Origin: Rhizobiaceae bacterium
GTDB taxonomy: Bacteria; Pseudomonadota; Alphaproteobacteria; Rhizobiales; Rhizobiaceae
Direction: 5' to 3'
Length of the DNA stretch: 31,500 nt
Assembly (NCBI GenBank): GCA_030065115.1
Contig: JASJDO010000023.1
Coordinates: forward strand, 1-31,500
Notes under the pieces: model-generated
What the model was told of the DNA's origin: nothing
The model's database searches: none
Seen by the model: only the letters and a program-made list of their open reading frames with translations
Translations under genes and position numbers: made by a program
Shown here: positions 1 to 8,829 of the stretch, piece by piece
How positions within the stretch are numbered: the first letter of the stretch is position 1
Layout of the letters: each line of letters opens with the position of its first letter

Positions 1-1
1 G

Positions 2-514
2 GTCGGCATTGCAACTGGCGCAGGAGTAACTGCCGGTGACTTTATCCATACCATTATGGCCGTGGTCGGCATTTCCGCCATTATCGCGGCCTCCGCCACG
101 CTTTTTACCATCGTCAAATATCTGGGTGCCGCCTATCTGGTTTATCTTGGCCTCAAAGCGATCTTGGACAAGAAACCCGTGGATCTTGGGCAGGGATATG
201 TTTCCATAACAGCGTCACAAGCTTTTAAGCAGGCAATTATTGCCGAAGTGTTGAACCCGAAGACGGCGCTGTTCTTCCTGGCGTTTTTACCCCAGTTCGT
301 TGTACCACAGAACGGCCATGTAGTTCTGCAATTGACTATTCTGGGGATTGTTTTTGCGTTGATAGGGTTCTTTAGTACGGTCGTTTATTCTCTGGCGGCG
401 GGTAGCCTTGGCAGTTTTCTTCGTAAAAACCCGACTGTATTGAAATGGCAGGGCACGGTTGTGGGAACGATTTATTGTGCGCTTGGTGTACGTTTGGCTC
501 TGCAGGAACGATAA
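2..514 (+). CDS. LysE/RhtB-family amino-acid exporter, 5'-truncated by the window edge
   Basis: The open frame runs from base 2 in the same frame as the 56..514 ORF. The protein is very hydrophobic, with multi-TM character and LysE-type motifs (…GAAYLVYLGLKA…, …FLAFLPQFV…). Assignment is by family-level similarity only. Confidence 0.75.
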   Translation, partial: VGIATGAGVTAGDFIHTIMAVVGISAIIAASATLFTIVKYLGAAYLVYLGLKAILDKKPVDLGQGYVSITASQAFKQAIIAEVLNPKTALFFLAFLPQFVVPQNGHVVLQLTILGIVFALIGFFSTVVYSLAAGSLGSFLRKNPTVLKWQGTVVGTIYCALGVRLALQER

Positions 515-565
515 GCCGGGCTTAACGCTCTTCACCCGGATTCGATCATCAGCTATTCTACGGCG

Positions 566-1930
566 ATGGATGCGAGAATCATCAGAACCGTTTTAAGGCG
601 CGGCCATCGTAAAGTATTCTGTGCAGTTTTTGTTTGCACGATGCTTTTGATGTCCGCTTCCTTTGCCCAGCAGGAAGATGATCTTGAGCTTAAGCGCGAT
701 CAACGGTTGCAAGAATTGCAGGAGTTGAGGGCCGCCATTACAATCGGGGATCAACGCCGCGCCGAGCTTGCAGATGAAATTTCGCAAATTGACAAAGACC
801 GTGTTTCCATCAACCGATCGATGATCGAAACTTCCAAAAAGGCGCGTGCACTGGAAAAACGAGTGTCACGGTCCTCTCGCCGGCTATCACAATTGCGCGA
901 TGAACAGGCCGAAGTTCGCGGGTTTTTGAAAACCAAAGAAGCGCTTTTGTTGGAGATTCTGGCGGCCCTTCAGCGCATGGGTCGTGCTCCGCCACCTGCA
1001 CTTCTGGTTTCTCCCGACGATGCCCTATCGTCGGTACGCTCGGCCATCCTGCTTGGGTCAGTGGTGCCAGAAGTGCGTTCGGAAACTGAAATTCTGATTG
1101 GGCAATTACAGGATCTTGTGCGGATTTCGAATGAAATAACCGAGCGCCGTGATGCCTTGAGAACCGATCTGGCCAGTCTTGCAGATGAGGAAGAACGGTT
1201 GAACCTTCTCTTGGTTGAAAAGCAAAATCTTTCCGGCATCGCACAGGCGAAACTAGCAGAAGAACAGGCAAAAGCTGCTGAATTGGCTGCGGAAGCATCT
1301 TCGCTCAATGAGTTGATTAGTACTCTCGAAACCCAGGTTGAAAGTGCTCGCAAGGCTGCTGAAGCCTCGCGTTTGGCTGAAATTGAACGACAACAACGAG
1401 AGGCCAACAGAACCGAAGCGGCAACGCGCTACCAGAACGAGGAGGCGTTTTCTGACGTTGGTCGAACTGCCCCGGCGCTGGCATTCAGTGCTGCCAGAGG
1501 TCTATTACCGCTTCCGGTGAATGGGGATGTGGCGTCCTCATTTGGTGAAGAAGATGAGTTTGGCGAAGACGTGTTGGGCGTCAATCTAGTCTCTCGCGAA
1601 AATGCGCGCGTGCTCACGCCGGCTGATGGCTGGATTTTATACGCCGGTCCCTTCAGAACCTATGGCAAACTCTTGATTATCGACGCCGGTAATGGGTATC
1701 ATATAGTTCTGGCTGGGCTTGAGGAGGTTAATGTGCGCCCGGGGCAGTTCGTAATTGTTGGAGAGCCCATTGGGAAGATGGGAGCAAAACGAATTGCTAA
1801 CGCGGGTGTTATTGACGTTTCCACAACAAAGCCAATTTTATATGTAGAATTCCGTAAGGATGGAAAACCAATCGATCCCTCACCCTGGTGGGCGGATACC
1901 AACATTCAGAGAGTAGCAGATGGTTCGTAA
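566..1930 (+). CDS. envC: Murein hydrolase activator EnvC-like protein: signal peptide, long coiled-coil, and a degenerate C-terminal M23/LytM domain
   Basis: There is an N-terminal signal-like segment (RRGHRKVFCAVFVCTMLLMSASFAQQ). About 300 aa of heptad-rich, Q/E/L/A-rich coiled-coil follows. The C-terminal domain ('…ARVLTPADGWILYAGPFRTYGKLLIIDAGNGYHIVLAGLEEVNVRPGQFVIVGEPIGKMG') has the M23 fold signature but lacks the HxxxD / HxH catalytic motifs. It sits upstream of ctpA, as in the conserved alphaproteobacterial arrangement. Confidence 0.75.
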   Translation: MDARIIRTVLRRGHRKVFCAVFVCTMLLMSASFAQQEDDLELKRDQRLQELQELRAAITIGDQRRAELADEISQIDKDRVSINRSMIETSKKARALEKRVSRSSRRLSQLRDEQAEVRGFLKTKEALLLEILAALQRMGRAPPPALLVSPDDALSSVRSAILLGSVVPEVRSETEILIGQLQDLVRISNEITERRDALRTDLASLADEEERLNLLLVEKQNLSGIAQAKLAEEQAKAAELAAEASSLNELISTLETQVESARKAAEASRLAEIERQQREANRTEAATRYQNEEAFSDVGRTAPALAFSAARGLLPLPVNGDVASSFGEEDEFGEDVLGVNLVSRENARVLTPADGWILYAGPFRTYGKLLIIDAGNGYHIVLAGLEEVNVRPGQFVIVGEPIGKMGAKRIANAGVIDVSTTKPILYVEFRKDGKPIDPSPWWADTNIQRVADGS

Positions 1931-3257
1931 ACTAGGACTTTTACTGATAGGCGCCGTCATCGGCGGCGGGGCAGTGCTAGCAGTAAGCAATGGTTTGAAC
2001 CATTCTACAAGCGCGCAAGCAGCGGGTGTAAGCACATACAAACAACTTAGTATCTTTGGAGATATCTTTGAGCGGGTACGGGCGTCTTATGTGACCGAGC
2101 CTGCGGAGGATGAGTTGATCGAGAATGCGATCAACGGCATGCTGACATCTCTTGATCCGCATTCAAGCTATCTTAATCCGAAAGACTTCTCCGACATGCG
2201 GGTTCAGACCCGGGGTGAGTTTGGTGGACTCGGCATTGAAGTCACGATGGAAAACGAATTGGTCAAGGTGGTCTCACCGATCGATGAGACCCCTGCCGCG
2301 AAAGCCGGCGTTCTTGCCGGGGATCTCATTTCCAAAATCGATGGCGAAAACGTTCGTGGTCTCAGCTTGCAACAAGCGGTTGAGAAAATGCGCGGTGAAG
2401 TCAATACACCTATTGTGCTGACAATTTTACGTGAAGGCGCTGACAAACCGCTGGAAATCACAATCATCAGAGATGTGATTCAGGTTCGCTCAGTTCGCTA
2501 TAGGGTTGAAGATGACGATATTGGCATTGTTGATATCAATGCTTTCAACGAACAGACATTTGACGGTCTGGAAAAGGCAATCAAGAGTATTCGCGATGAA
2601 GTCGGAGACGACAAGCTTAAAGGCTTTGTTGTTGATCTTCGTCTTAACCCGGGTGGTCTGCTGGACCAGGCCGTGAGCGTGTCAGATTCCTTCCTCGATC
2701 GTGGCCTGATTGTCTCGACCCGGGGGCGGGATGCTGATGAAGGTCGCCGGCACTCTGCGCGACCGGGTGATCTGACAGGTGGGAAGCCTGTAATTGTTCT
2801 GATCAATGGTGGCTCGGCCTCCGCGTCAGAAATTGTTGCGGGTGCATTGCAGGATCACAAGCGCGCAACCATCCTCGGAACACGTTCGTTCGGCAAGGGC
2901 TCGGTGCAGACGATTATCCCACTGGGTTCCAATGGGGCGCTGCGACTGACAACTGCGCTTTACTACACACCATCTGACCGTTCTATTCAGGGCAAGGGAA
3001 TTGATCCGGACATCAAGGTCGAGCAACCGCTGCCCGATGAACTCAAAGGCCGTGTTGAAGCGCGTGGCGAATCCAATCTGCGCGGTCACATTGTTGGCAA
3101 TGAAGAAAATGATGAGGGTTCTGGTTCAATTGCCTATGTTCCACCGGACCCGAAAGACGATGTTCAGCTTTCCTATGCTAAGGATTTGCTCAAAGGCTTG
3201 AAGGAGCATGCTGCATTCCCGCCAAATCCTGATGAGGCGGTGCCAAGCCAGAACTGA
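1920..3257 (+). CDS. ctpA: Carboxyl-terminal processing protease (S41 peptidase, PDZ-containing)
   Basis: It has an N-terminal TM/signal and a PDZ domain (GLGIEVTMENELVKVVSPIDETPAAKAGVLAGDLISKIDG). The S41 catalytic region carries a Ser/Lys dyad context (VLINGGSASASEIVAGALQDHKRATILGTRSFGKGSVQT). Its start overlaps the envC-like stop by 11 nt. Confidence 0.9.
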   Translation: MVRKLGLLLIGAVIGGGAVLAVSNGLNHSTSAQAAGVSTYKQLSIFGDIFERVRASYVTEPAEDELIENAINGMLTSLDPHSSYLNPKDFSDMRVQTRGEFGGLGIEVTMENELVKVVSPIDETPAAKAGVLAGDLISKIDGENVRGLSLQQAVEKMRGEVNTPIVLTILREGADKPLEITIIRDVIQVRSVRYRVEDDDIGIVDINAFNEQTFDGLEKAIKSIRDEVGDDKLKGFVVDLRLNPGGLLDQAVSVSDSFLDRGLIVSTRGRDADEGRRHSARPGDLTGGKPVIVLINGGSASASEIVAGALQDHKRATILGTRSFGKGSVQTIIPLGSNGALRLTTALYYTPSDRSIQGKGIDPDIKVEQPLPDELKGRVEARGESNLRGHIVGNEENDEGSGSIAYVPPDPKDDVQLSYAKDLLKGLKEHAAFPPNPDEAVPSQN

Positions 3258-3292
3258 GTGTTTTGGACAAACCATGCTTGGAATTTTTTGAG

Positions 3293-3313
3293 GGGAGGCT
3301 ATGCTTCCCCTTA
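3293..3313 (+). terminator. Weak hairpin (agGGGAggctatgctTCCCCt) downstream of ctpA; possible partial terminator or attenuator
   Basis: A 6-7 bp GC-rich stem with a 9-nt loop lies 36 nt after the ctpA stop. The 3' U-tract is poor (cttaatgatt), so it is probably inefficient if functional at all. Confidence 0.2.
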
Positions 3314-3422
3314 ATGATTCGTGGGGACGGAACACGACTGCGGCATGAAACCAGACAATGAGTTCACAAGACCTCTCAAGAGGATAGATGAGCGCGAAAC
3401 CCCCAAGCGTGGCAAAGGTACC

Positions 3423-4541
3423 ATGATTACCCTTGCCTTGTGTGCGGTTTGTGCGCTTCCAGTTGTCAATTTTTACGGCGGATTTTCTGGTTTTGGTGAT
3501 CAGCCTCAGCAGGCAATTGAGATTGTCGAGATTGAAGAAGATAAGCCACAGGTTCCAGCTGTGTCCAACGAAACGACTGCGACCATTCCTGTAGGAAACC
3601 ATGTTCTGGATCCTGCTAAGGGTGACTTTCAGGAGGTGGAACCGACTGAGACGCTGGTTCCATTGACACCCAAACCATTGCCAACACCAAAGCCACTTCC
3701 AAAAGCTGAGCCAATCAAGCGGCAAGAACTGGCGCTGGCGCATCTGCCGGACCCTCAGCTTATTGAGCGAGGCGCTTCTGGCGTGATTCCGAGAAAGTCG
3801 CCTGATGGCCTGCGCGCGATGGACCTTTATAGCCGTCAGCCAGATACGGATGGAAATTTCGGTGTGGCCCGAGTCGTTCTGGTCGTTGGTGGCTTGGGGA
3901 TCAGTCAAACCAGCACCAAACTAGCGATAGAAAAGCTTCCGCCGAATGTTACTCTCGCTTTTGCGCCTTATGGCAATTCATTGAATCGTTGGATGCAAAC
4001 AGCTCGGAGAGGGGGGCACGAACTGCTTTTGCAAATTCCAATGGAGCCGATTGATTATCCGCAAAACAATCCAGGCCCTCATACACTTCGGGCAGAGGCG
4101 GATCTTGAAGAGAATATGGCCAATCTGCATTGGGCCATGAGCCGTATCACAAACTATGTCGGCGTCACCAATTATCTCGGCAACAAATTGATGCAACAAC
4201 CCGCCGGACTGTCGCCGATATTTGCCGAGATTTCAAAACGTGGGTTGTTGTTTTTCGAAGATGGTACAGTAAAAAATACACTTGGGCCTGGTGTCGCAAT
4301 CAAGGAATTGGTGCCTTATGCAAAGGCAGATGTCCTGATAGATAATGTTCGTTCGCGTTCTGCAATCGCATCGAAACTCAATGAATTGGCGCAGCAGGCA
4401 AAACGCACGGGGCTGGCGATCGGTATGGCCAATGCTTTCCCGGACAGTATTTCAATGATCGCCGAGTTTGCTCGTCGCGCCAAGCAGAATGGGATAGAAA
4501 TCACTCCGGTCACAGCAGTTGTGAAGGACCCAAGCCGGTGA
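3423..4541 (+). CDS. Divergent polysaccharide deacetylase family protein (YibQ-like), membrane-anchored with a Pro-rich linker
   Basis: The C-terminal ~250 aa matches the divergent polysaccharide deacetylase fold (…[62 protein letters not shown]…). ATG 3423 is preceded by AAAGG and gives the N-terminal anchor [15 protein letters not shown]. The ORF track offers an alternative upstream GTG at 3321. [13 protein letters not shown] tandem repeat forms the linker. Confidence 0.75.
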   Translation: MITLALCAVCALPVVNFYGGFSGFGDQPQQAIEIVEIEEDKPQVPAVSNETTATIPVGNHVLDPAKGDFQEVEPTETLVPLTPKPLPTPKPLPKAEPIKRQELALAHLPDPQLIERGASGVIPRKSPDGLRAMDLYSRQPDTDGNFGVARVVLVVGGLGISQTSTKLAIEKLPPNVTLAFAPYGNSLNRWMQTARRGGHELLLQIPMEPIDYPQNNPGPHTLRAEADLEENMANLHWAMSRITNYVGVTNYLGNKLMQQPAGLSPIFAEISKRGLLFFEDGTVKNTLGPGVAIKELVPYAKADVLIDNVRSRSAIASKLNELAQQAKRTGLAIGMANAFPDSISMIAEFARRAKQNGIEITPVTAVVKDPSR

Positions 4542-5044
4542 CCACAAAGCTGGTTCGCGAGGAGATGCCCTATCGCCCGTGTGTTGGTGTTGTGGTGTTC
4601 AATGGCCGGGGCAAAGTTTGGGCAGGGCGGCGAATTCAAAATGCCGAGACGCCAAGCGACTATCGATGGCAGTTTCCCCAAGGTGGTATCGACAAGGACG
4701 AAGAGCCGCTTCCCGCAGCAGAACGCGAGCTGTATGAAGAAACAGGCATGAAATCTGTTTCTCTGCTGGCAGAAGCCAGAGACTGGTTCAACTATGATTT
4801 GCCGGATGACATTCTCGGTATTGGTTTGAAGGGCAAGTATCGCGGACAAACACAAAAGTGGTTTGCATTTCGTTTTGATGGCGAAGAACAAGAGATCAAT
4901 ATCACGGAGCCGCCCGATGGATCGCACCCGGAGTTTGATCAATGGCAGTGGCGGGACTTGGCTGAGATGCCGGAACTGATTGTGCCGTTCAAGCGTGATC
5001 TTTATGAGAGAATAGTTGCCGAATTCAAGGCTTTTGCGTCCTGA
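4538..5044 (+). CDS. rppH: RNA pyrophosphohydrolase (NUDIX hydrolase, RppH/NudH/IalA family)
   Basis: It carries the Nudix box [22 protein letters not shown] and the RppH-typical N-terminus [11 protein letters not shown]. The GTG start overlaps the upstream stop (GTGA). This position after ctpA and the deacetylase is typical of Rhizobiales. Confidence 0.88.
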   Translation: MTTKLVREEMPYRPCVGVVVFNGRGKVWAGRRIQNAETPSDYRWQFPQGGIDKDEEPLPAAERELYEETGMKSVSLLAEARDWFNYDLPDDILGIGLKGKYRGQTQKWFAFRFDGEEQEINITEPPDGSHPEFDQWQWRDLAEMPELIVPFKRDLYERIVAEFKAFAS

Positions 5045-5047
5045 TAT

Positions 5048-5896
5048 TCAGGTTGCATCTCTCAATGTCTGCGCTGATGCAAGTCTGTTTTGCCTCAATC
5101 GGTTCAAGAATGCCCCAATAAAAAAGATTGTCTGGATCAGAATTATGGTCGGTGCGGGTGCGCTGTCTATGTGGAAGCTCAGGTAAGTTCCCAACAGCAT
5201 GGTAATGAGATTGATCAGAATCGAGACCATGAGCATGGTGGAAAATTTTCGGGTTACCAGAAAGGCGATTGCACCAGGGGCGATCAACAGGCCAATGGCG
5301 AGAATCAACCCGGTTGCAGAAAGCGTTGCCACAACCGTCAGTGACATGGCGGTCAGCAATCCGTAGTGTAACAGGCCAACTTGCAAGCCGGACGTCTTTG
5401 CCTGTGCGGGGTCGAAGCTGTGCAAAAGTAGATCCCGCCACTTCAGCACAACCGCTCCTGAAACCAGTAATGAAAGAATGCCGGCGGTCCAGAGATCTTT
5501 GGCATCAATGCCCAGCATGTTGCCAAACAGGATATGGTCGAGGTGAGCATTGGTTTCCAACGAGACATATAAGACAATACCCAGCGCGAACATGCCTGAG
5601 AAAACCACACCCATTACAGTATCCTGCTTCACTCTGCTATTGTCTGCCAGATATCCGCTGGCAACGGCACAGGCCATTCCTGCCATGAAAGCGCCGATGA
5701 GCAATGGAATGCCGAAAACATAGGCCAGAACGATTCCGGGCAGTACTGCATGGCTGATGGCATCACCCATCAATGCCCAGCCTTTCAAGACAAGAAAGCA
5801 AGAAAGCAATGCGGTGGGAATCGCGATCAGAATGCATATCAGAAACGCGTTCTGCATGAAGGCAAACTGGAACGGCTGTAGAAGTATCTCAAGCAT
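5048..5896 (-). CDS. sitD: Metal (Mn2+/Fe2+) ABC transporter permease, ABC-3 family
   Basis: It is a hydrophobic polytopic protein of ABC-3 permease length and pattern. It is the last gene of a four-gene binding-protein/ATPase/permease/permease operon, and its start overlaps the sitC stop (ATGA). Confidence 0.85.
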   Translation of the reverse strand: MLEILLQPFQFAFMQNAFLICILIAIPTALLSCFLVLKGWALMGDAISHAVLPGIVLAYVFGIPLLIGAFMAGMACAVASGYLADNSRVKQDTVMGVVFSGMFALGIVLYVSLETNAHLDHILFGNMLGIDAKDLWTAGILSLLVSGAVVLKWRDLLLHSFDPAQAKTSGLQVGLLHYGLLTAMSLTVVATLSATGLILAIGLLIAPGAIAFLVTRKFSTMLMVSILINLITMLLGTYLSFHIDSAPAPTIILIQTIFFIGAFLNRLRQNRLASAQTLRDAT

Positions 5897-6768
5897 TACA
5901 GAATATCACTCTCTGCCAGTTTCAGTGCTTCGGCGGACTTTTTTCGGGAGGCCAGCAAACCGTGTTTGGGTGCGAACACAAAAGCGAACAGAAAGAATAA
6001 TGTCTGAAGGCAAACAATAATGCCGCCTGTTGCGCCATCCAGAAAGTAGCTGAGATATGCGCCAACAAAACTTGTTGCGCTGCCAATAATAATTGATGTG
6101 ATGATCAGGCGCGGGAATCGGTCACACAGGAGATACGCAGTAGCGCCTGGTGTGACAACCATTGCGATCACCAGAAATGCCCCAACCGTTTGCATGGCTG
6201 CTACGACTGAAGCTGAGAGTAAGGTGAAAAATATGGCTTTCAGCAATGTTGGATCAAGACCAACCGATCTTGCGTGGTTTTCATCAAAGAAAGTGACCAT
6301 CAGGTCTTTCCATTTTGCCGTCAAAACGATGAATGCAATTGAGCCAATGAGCACCAGTTGCAGTGTGTCCTCGGGTGTGATTGCCAGAATGTTTCCCATG
6401 ATGATGGTTTGAACATCAATGGCGACAGGGTTGATTGAGATCATGAAAAGGCCGAGGCCAAAGAACGATGTGAAGATCAGTCCGATCACCACATCAACTT
6501 TCAATCCTGAGCGTTCTGATAGGAACAGCATGGATGCCGCTGCAAGCCCGCCTGCAAGAAAGGCCCCAAGCGCAAAAGGTAATCCGAGAATGTAGGCTCC
6601 GGCCACACCCGGCACCACTGAATGGGCCAACGCATCACCGATTAGCGACCAGCCCCGGAGCATTAGATAGGCAGACAGAAAGGCGCATACCCCACCAACG
6701 AGTGCCGACACCCATATGGCGTTGAACATATAGGTATATGTAAATGGCTCGAGCAGGGTGCTGATCAT
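5896..6768 (-). CDS. sitC: Metal (Mn2+/Fe2+) ABC transporter permease, ABC-3 family
   Basis: It is a paralogue of the downstream permease (both share the LLEPF…Y…NA motif at the N-terminus). It overlaps the ATPase gene by 4 nt. Confidence 0.85.
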   Translation of the reverse strand: MISTLLEPFTYTYMFNAIWVSALVGGVCAFLSAYLMLRGWSLIGDALAHSVVPGVAGAYILGLPFALGAFLAGGLAAASMLFLSERSGLKVDVVIGLIFTSFFGLGLFMISINPVAIDVQTIIMGNILAITPEDTLQLVLIGSIAFIVLTAKWKDLMVTFFDENHARSVGLDPTLLKAIFFTLLSASVVAAMQTVGAFLVIAMVVTPGATAYLLCDRFPRLIITSIIIGSATSFVGAYLSYFLDGATGGIIVCLQTLFFLFAFVFAPKHGLLASRKKSAEALKLAESDIL

Positions 6769-7625
6769 TCTTTGCCCTTTTTTGCTTTTTCCCGTTGGGT
6801 GTATTGCACAAAGGGTCGTTCATCATCGGTAAGAATTGTCACTTCCCGCTCATCATCGTCATCGTGAAGCTCAGCTCCCCCGAGCGTAAACTGACGCAAG
6901 ACCCCGCCAAAGGCTGCTTCAAGATTCTCGCGGGTGAAGATTTCGGATGTCGGGCCGTGATCGAGCACCGTTCCTTTTACCAGAATGGTGCGGTCGCAGA
7001 ACTGAGGGACAGAACCGAGATTGTGTGTGGAGACCAACATCACTCGGCCTTCGTCGCGCAGCTCGCTCATGAGTTTGATAATTTGTTCTTCCGTTTGCAC
7101 ATCGACGCCGGTAAATGGCTCATCCAGCAAAATAACCGGACTGTCTTGTGCAAGGGCACGGGCCAGAAATACGCGCTTGCGTTGGCCGCCGGACAGTTCG
7201 CCAATCTGGCGTTTGCGAAAGCCCTGCATGTTAACGCGGGTTAATGCCTCTTCAACGGCTTTGTGGTCCTCGGTCCTGGCGCGACGCAGGAAGCCCATAT
7301 GCCCGTAACGTCCCATCATCACCACATCCTCGACCAGTACCGGAAAGGTCCAGTCAACTTCCTCTGCTTGAGGCACATAGGCAATAAGGTTTTGCGCGAG
7401 CGCACTTTTGACTGGCTGGCCCAGAACTGTAATGTCACCTTTGCTGGTGGGAACGAAGCCCATAATGGATTTGAAAAGCGTGGACTTGCCGGCGCCGTTC
7501 ACTCCCACAAGTGCAGTGATGGTTCCTGTCGGGATTTCAAAACTTGCGTCCCATAAGGCAGTATGACCGTTACGATAGGTAACGGTCACATCATGAGCAC
7601 AAATTCCAGAAGGGGCGGACATCAC
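6765..7625 (-). CDS. sitB: Metal ABC transporter ATP-binding protein with an acidic C-terminal tail
   Basis: It carries Walker A GVNGAGKST, the ABC signature LSGGQRKR and Walker B ILLDEP. An unusual Asp/Glu-rich tail (LHDDDDEREVTILTDDERPF…KKGKE) follows. Confidence 0.9.
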   Translation of the reverse strand: MMSAPSGICAHDVTVTYRNGHTALWDASFEIPTGTITALVGVNGAGKSTLFKSIMGFVPTSKGDITVLGQPVKSALAQNLIAYVPQAEEVDWTFPVLVEDVVMMGRYGHMGFLRRARTEDHKAVEEALTRVNMQGFRKRQIGELSGGQRKRVFLARALAQDSPVILLDEPFTGVDVQTEEQIIKLMSELRDEGRVMLVSTHNLGSVPQFCDRTILVKGTVLDHGPTSEIFTRENLEAAFGGVLRQFTLGGAELHDDDDEREVTILTDDERPFVQYTQREKAKKGKE

Positions 7626-7637
7626 AACATGATCAAT

Positions 7638-8537
7638 CTAGTTGGTTGCCGCCAGACCGTTTGCCACGGTTTGTGAGGTCACACGTAAAAGATCAAGGTA
7701 GGTTGGAACCGGACCGTCCGGGCCACTGAGTGAATCGACATAAAGTACACCTCCATAGCGGGCGCCCGTCTCTCTAGCGACTTGTTCAGCCGGAGCTGTA
7801 TTAACAGTGCTCTCACAAAAAACCGCCGGAATGTTGTTTTCACGGACACCATTGATGACGTTGCGCACTTGCTTTGGAGTTCCCACCCTGTCGGCATTCA
7901 TAGGCCAGAGATACAGTTCCTTTAGCCCAAAATCTTTGGCAAGATAGCTGAAAGCACCTTCGCATGTGGTGAGCCAACGCTGATCTTCAGGAATTTGTTC
8001 AATGGAAGCGCGAAGTGGCTGTATGGTCTCGCGAATTTTCTCTTTATAAGCCTTGCCATTTGCCTCGTAAGTTTCAGCGTTTTTTGGGTCTTGCTCAGAA
8101 AATGCTTTTACGATGTTGTCAATATAAACGATTGCGTTATCGAGGCCCATCCACGCATGAGGATTGGGTTTGCCCTTGTAAGAACCCTCAGAAATCGCGA
8201 TTGGGGTAATTCCTTCGGTCAGCGTCGCGGAGGGTACGTCTTTCAGGTTGGACAGGAACTGCTCGAACCAGAGCTCCAGATTCATGCCATTCCATAGAAC
8301 GAGATCTGCATTACTGGCGCGGACGATGTCTTTCGGTGTTGGCTCGTAGCCATGAATTTCTGCGCCTGGCTTGGTGATTGAAACCACTTCTGCTGCATCT
8401 CCTGCGATATTTGAGGCCATGTCTGCAATTACCGTAAAGGTAGTGACCACCTTCATTTTTTCCCCGGCAACAGCGGAGGCAGAAACAAAAAGGGCCAGAA
8501 TGCTTGCAGCCGTTAGGGAGGTCAGGAATCTACGCAT
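7638..8537 (-). CDS. sitA: Periplasmic metal-binding protein (TroA/SitA/MntC cluster-9 substrate-binding protein)
   Basis: It has a signal peptide (MRRFLTSLTAASILALFVSASAVAG). The size (~300 aa) and fold pattern match the cluster-9 family (…HGYEPTPKD…, …NPHAWM…), and it is the first gene of the sitABCD-like operon. Confidence 0.88.
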   Translation of the reverse strand: MRRFLTSLTAASILALFVSASAVAGEKMKVVTTFTVIADMASNIAGDAAEVVSITKPGAEIHGYEPTPKDIVRASNADLVLWNGMNLELWFEQFLSNLKDVPSATLTEGITPIAISEGSYKGKPNPHAWMGLDNAIVYIDNIVKAFSEQDPKNAETYEANGKAYKEKIRETIQPLRASIEQIPEDQRWLTTCEGAFSYLAKDFGLKELYLWPMNADRVGTPKQVRNVINGVRENNIPAVFCESTVNTAPAEQVARETGARYGGVLYVDSLSGPDGPVPTYLDLLRVTSQTVANGLAATN

Positions 8538-8570
8538 CTGGTGATTTCTCTATTCAACAGTATTCTTTGG

Positions 8571-8592
8571 AATAATATTGATAATCATTCGC
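8571..8592. promoter_or_regulatory. Fur/Mur-box-like operator (AATAATATTGATAATCATTCGC) in the sitA promoter region
   Basis: It matches the GATAATGATAATCATTATC Fur consensus at 13 of 16 aligned positions and lies 34-55 bp upstream of the sitA start. sitABCD is Mur/Fur-regulated in rhizobia, which is established knowledge. Confidence 0.5.
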
Positions 8593-8829
8593 AAAAAGTC
8601 AATGAAGCTGCGACTCGTTCTCATTTATTAGATCTTTGGTCGTTTATGAGTTTCCAGAAAAATTTTTGGGTTAGCGTTGGTCTTTGTCCGCTTGCACGAT
8701 CAACCTCAGACCAATTCGGGCTTTTGAAACAGTACTGAAACAAATCCGCGGTTTTTAGAAATATGACTGAAATCTCGGAGACCTAATTTCCAGCCCAGAA
8801 TTCCTTCTAACTTTTTTCTGGAGACTACA

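Noticed and set aside
515-565. Possible hairpin (ccggg…cccgg) after the LysE gene
   Set aside because: It has a short stem and a 15-nt loop with no U-tract, so it is not supportable as a terminator.
3126-3908. 260-aa minus-strand ORF, Trp-rich, spanning the ctpA 3' end and the deacetylase 5' end
   Set aside because: It is antisense to well-supported genes and to the Pro-rich repeat region. The protein (…[16 protein letters not shown]…) is low-complexity, and no RBS or promoter context is evident. It is a typical high-GC antisense artefact.
8541-8738. 65-aa ORF in the sitA / beta-helix intergenic region
   Set aside because: It has no RBS and no recognisable fold, and it overlaps the putative Fur-box and promoter DNA. 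It is more likely non-coding regulatory sequence.
8745-8765. TTTTAGAAATATGAC resembling half of an Irr ICE box (TTTAGAA-N3-TTCTAAA)
   Set aside because: Only one half-site matches. The second half is absent.
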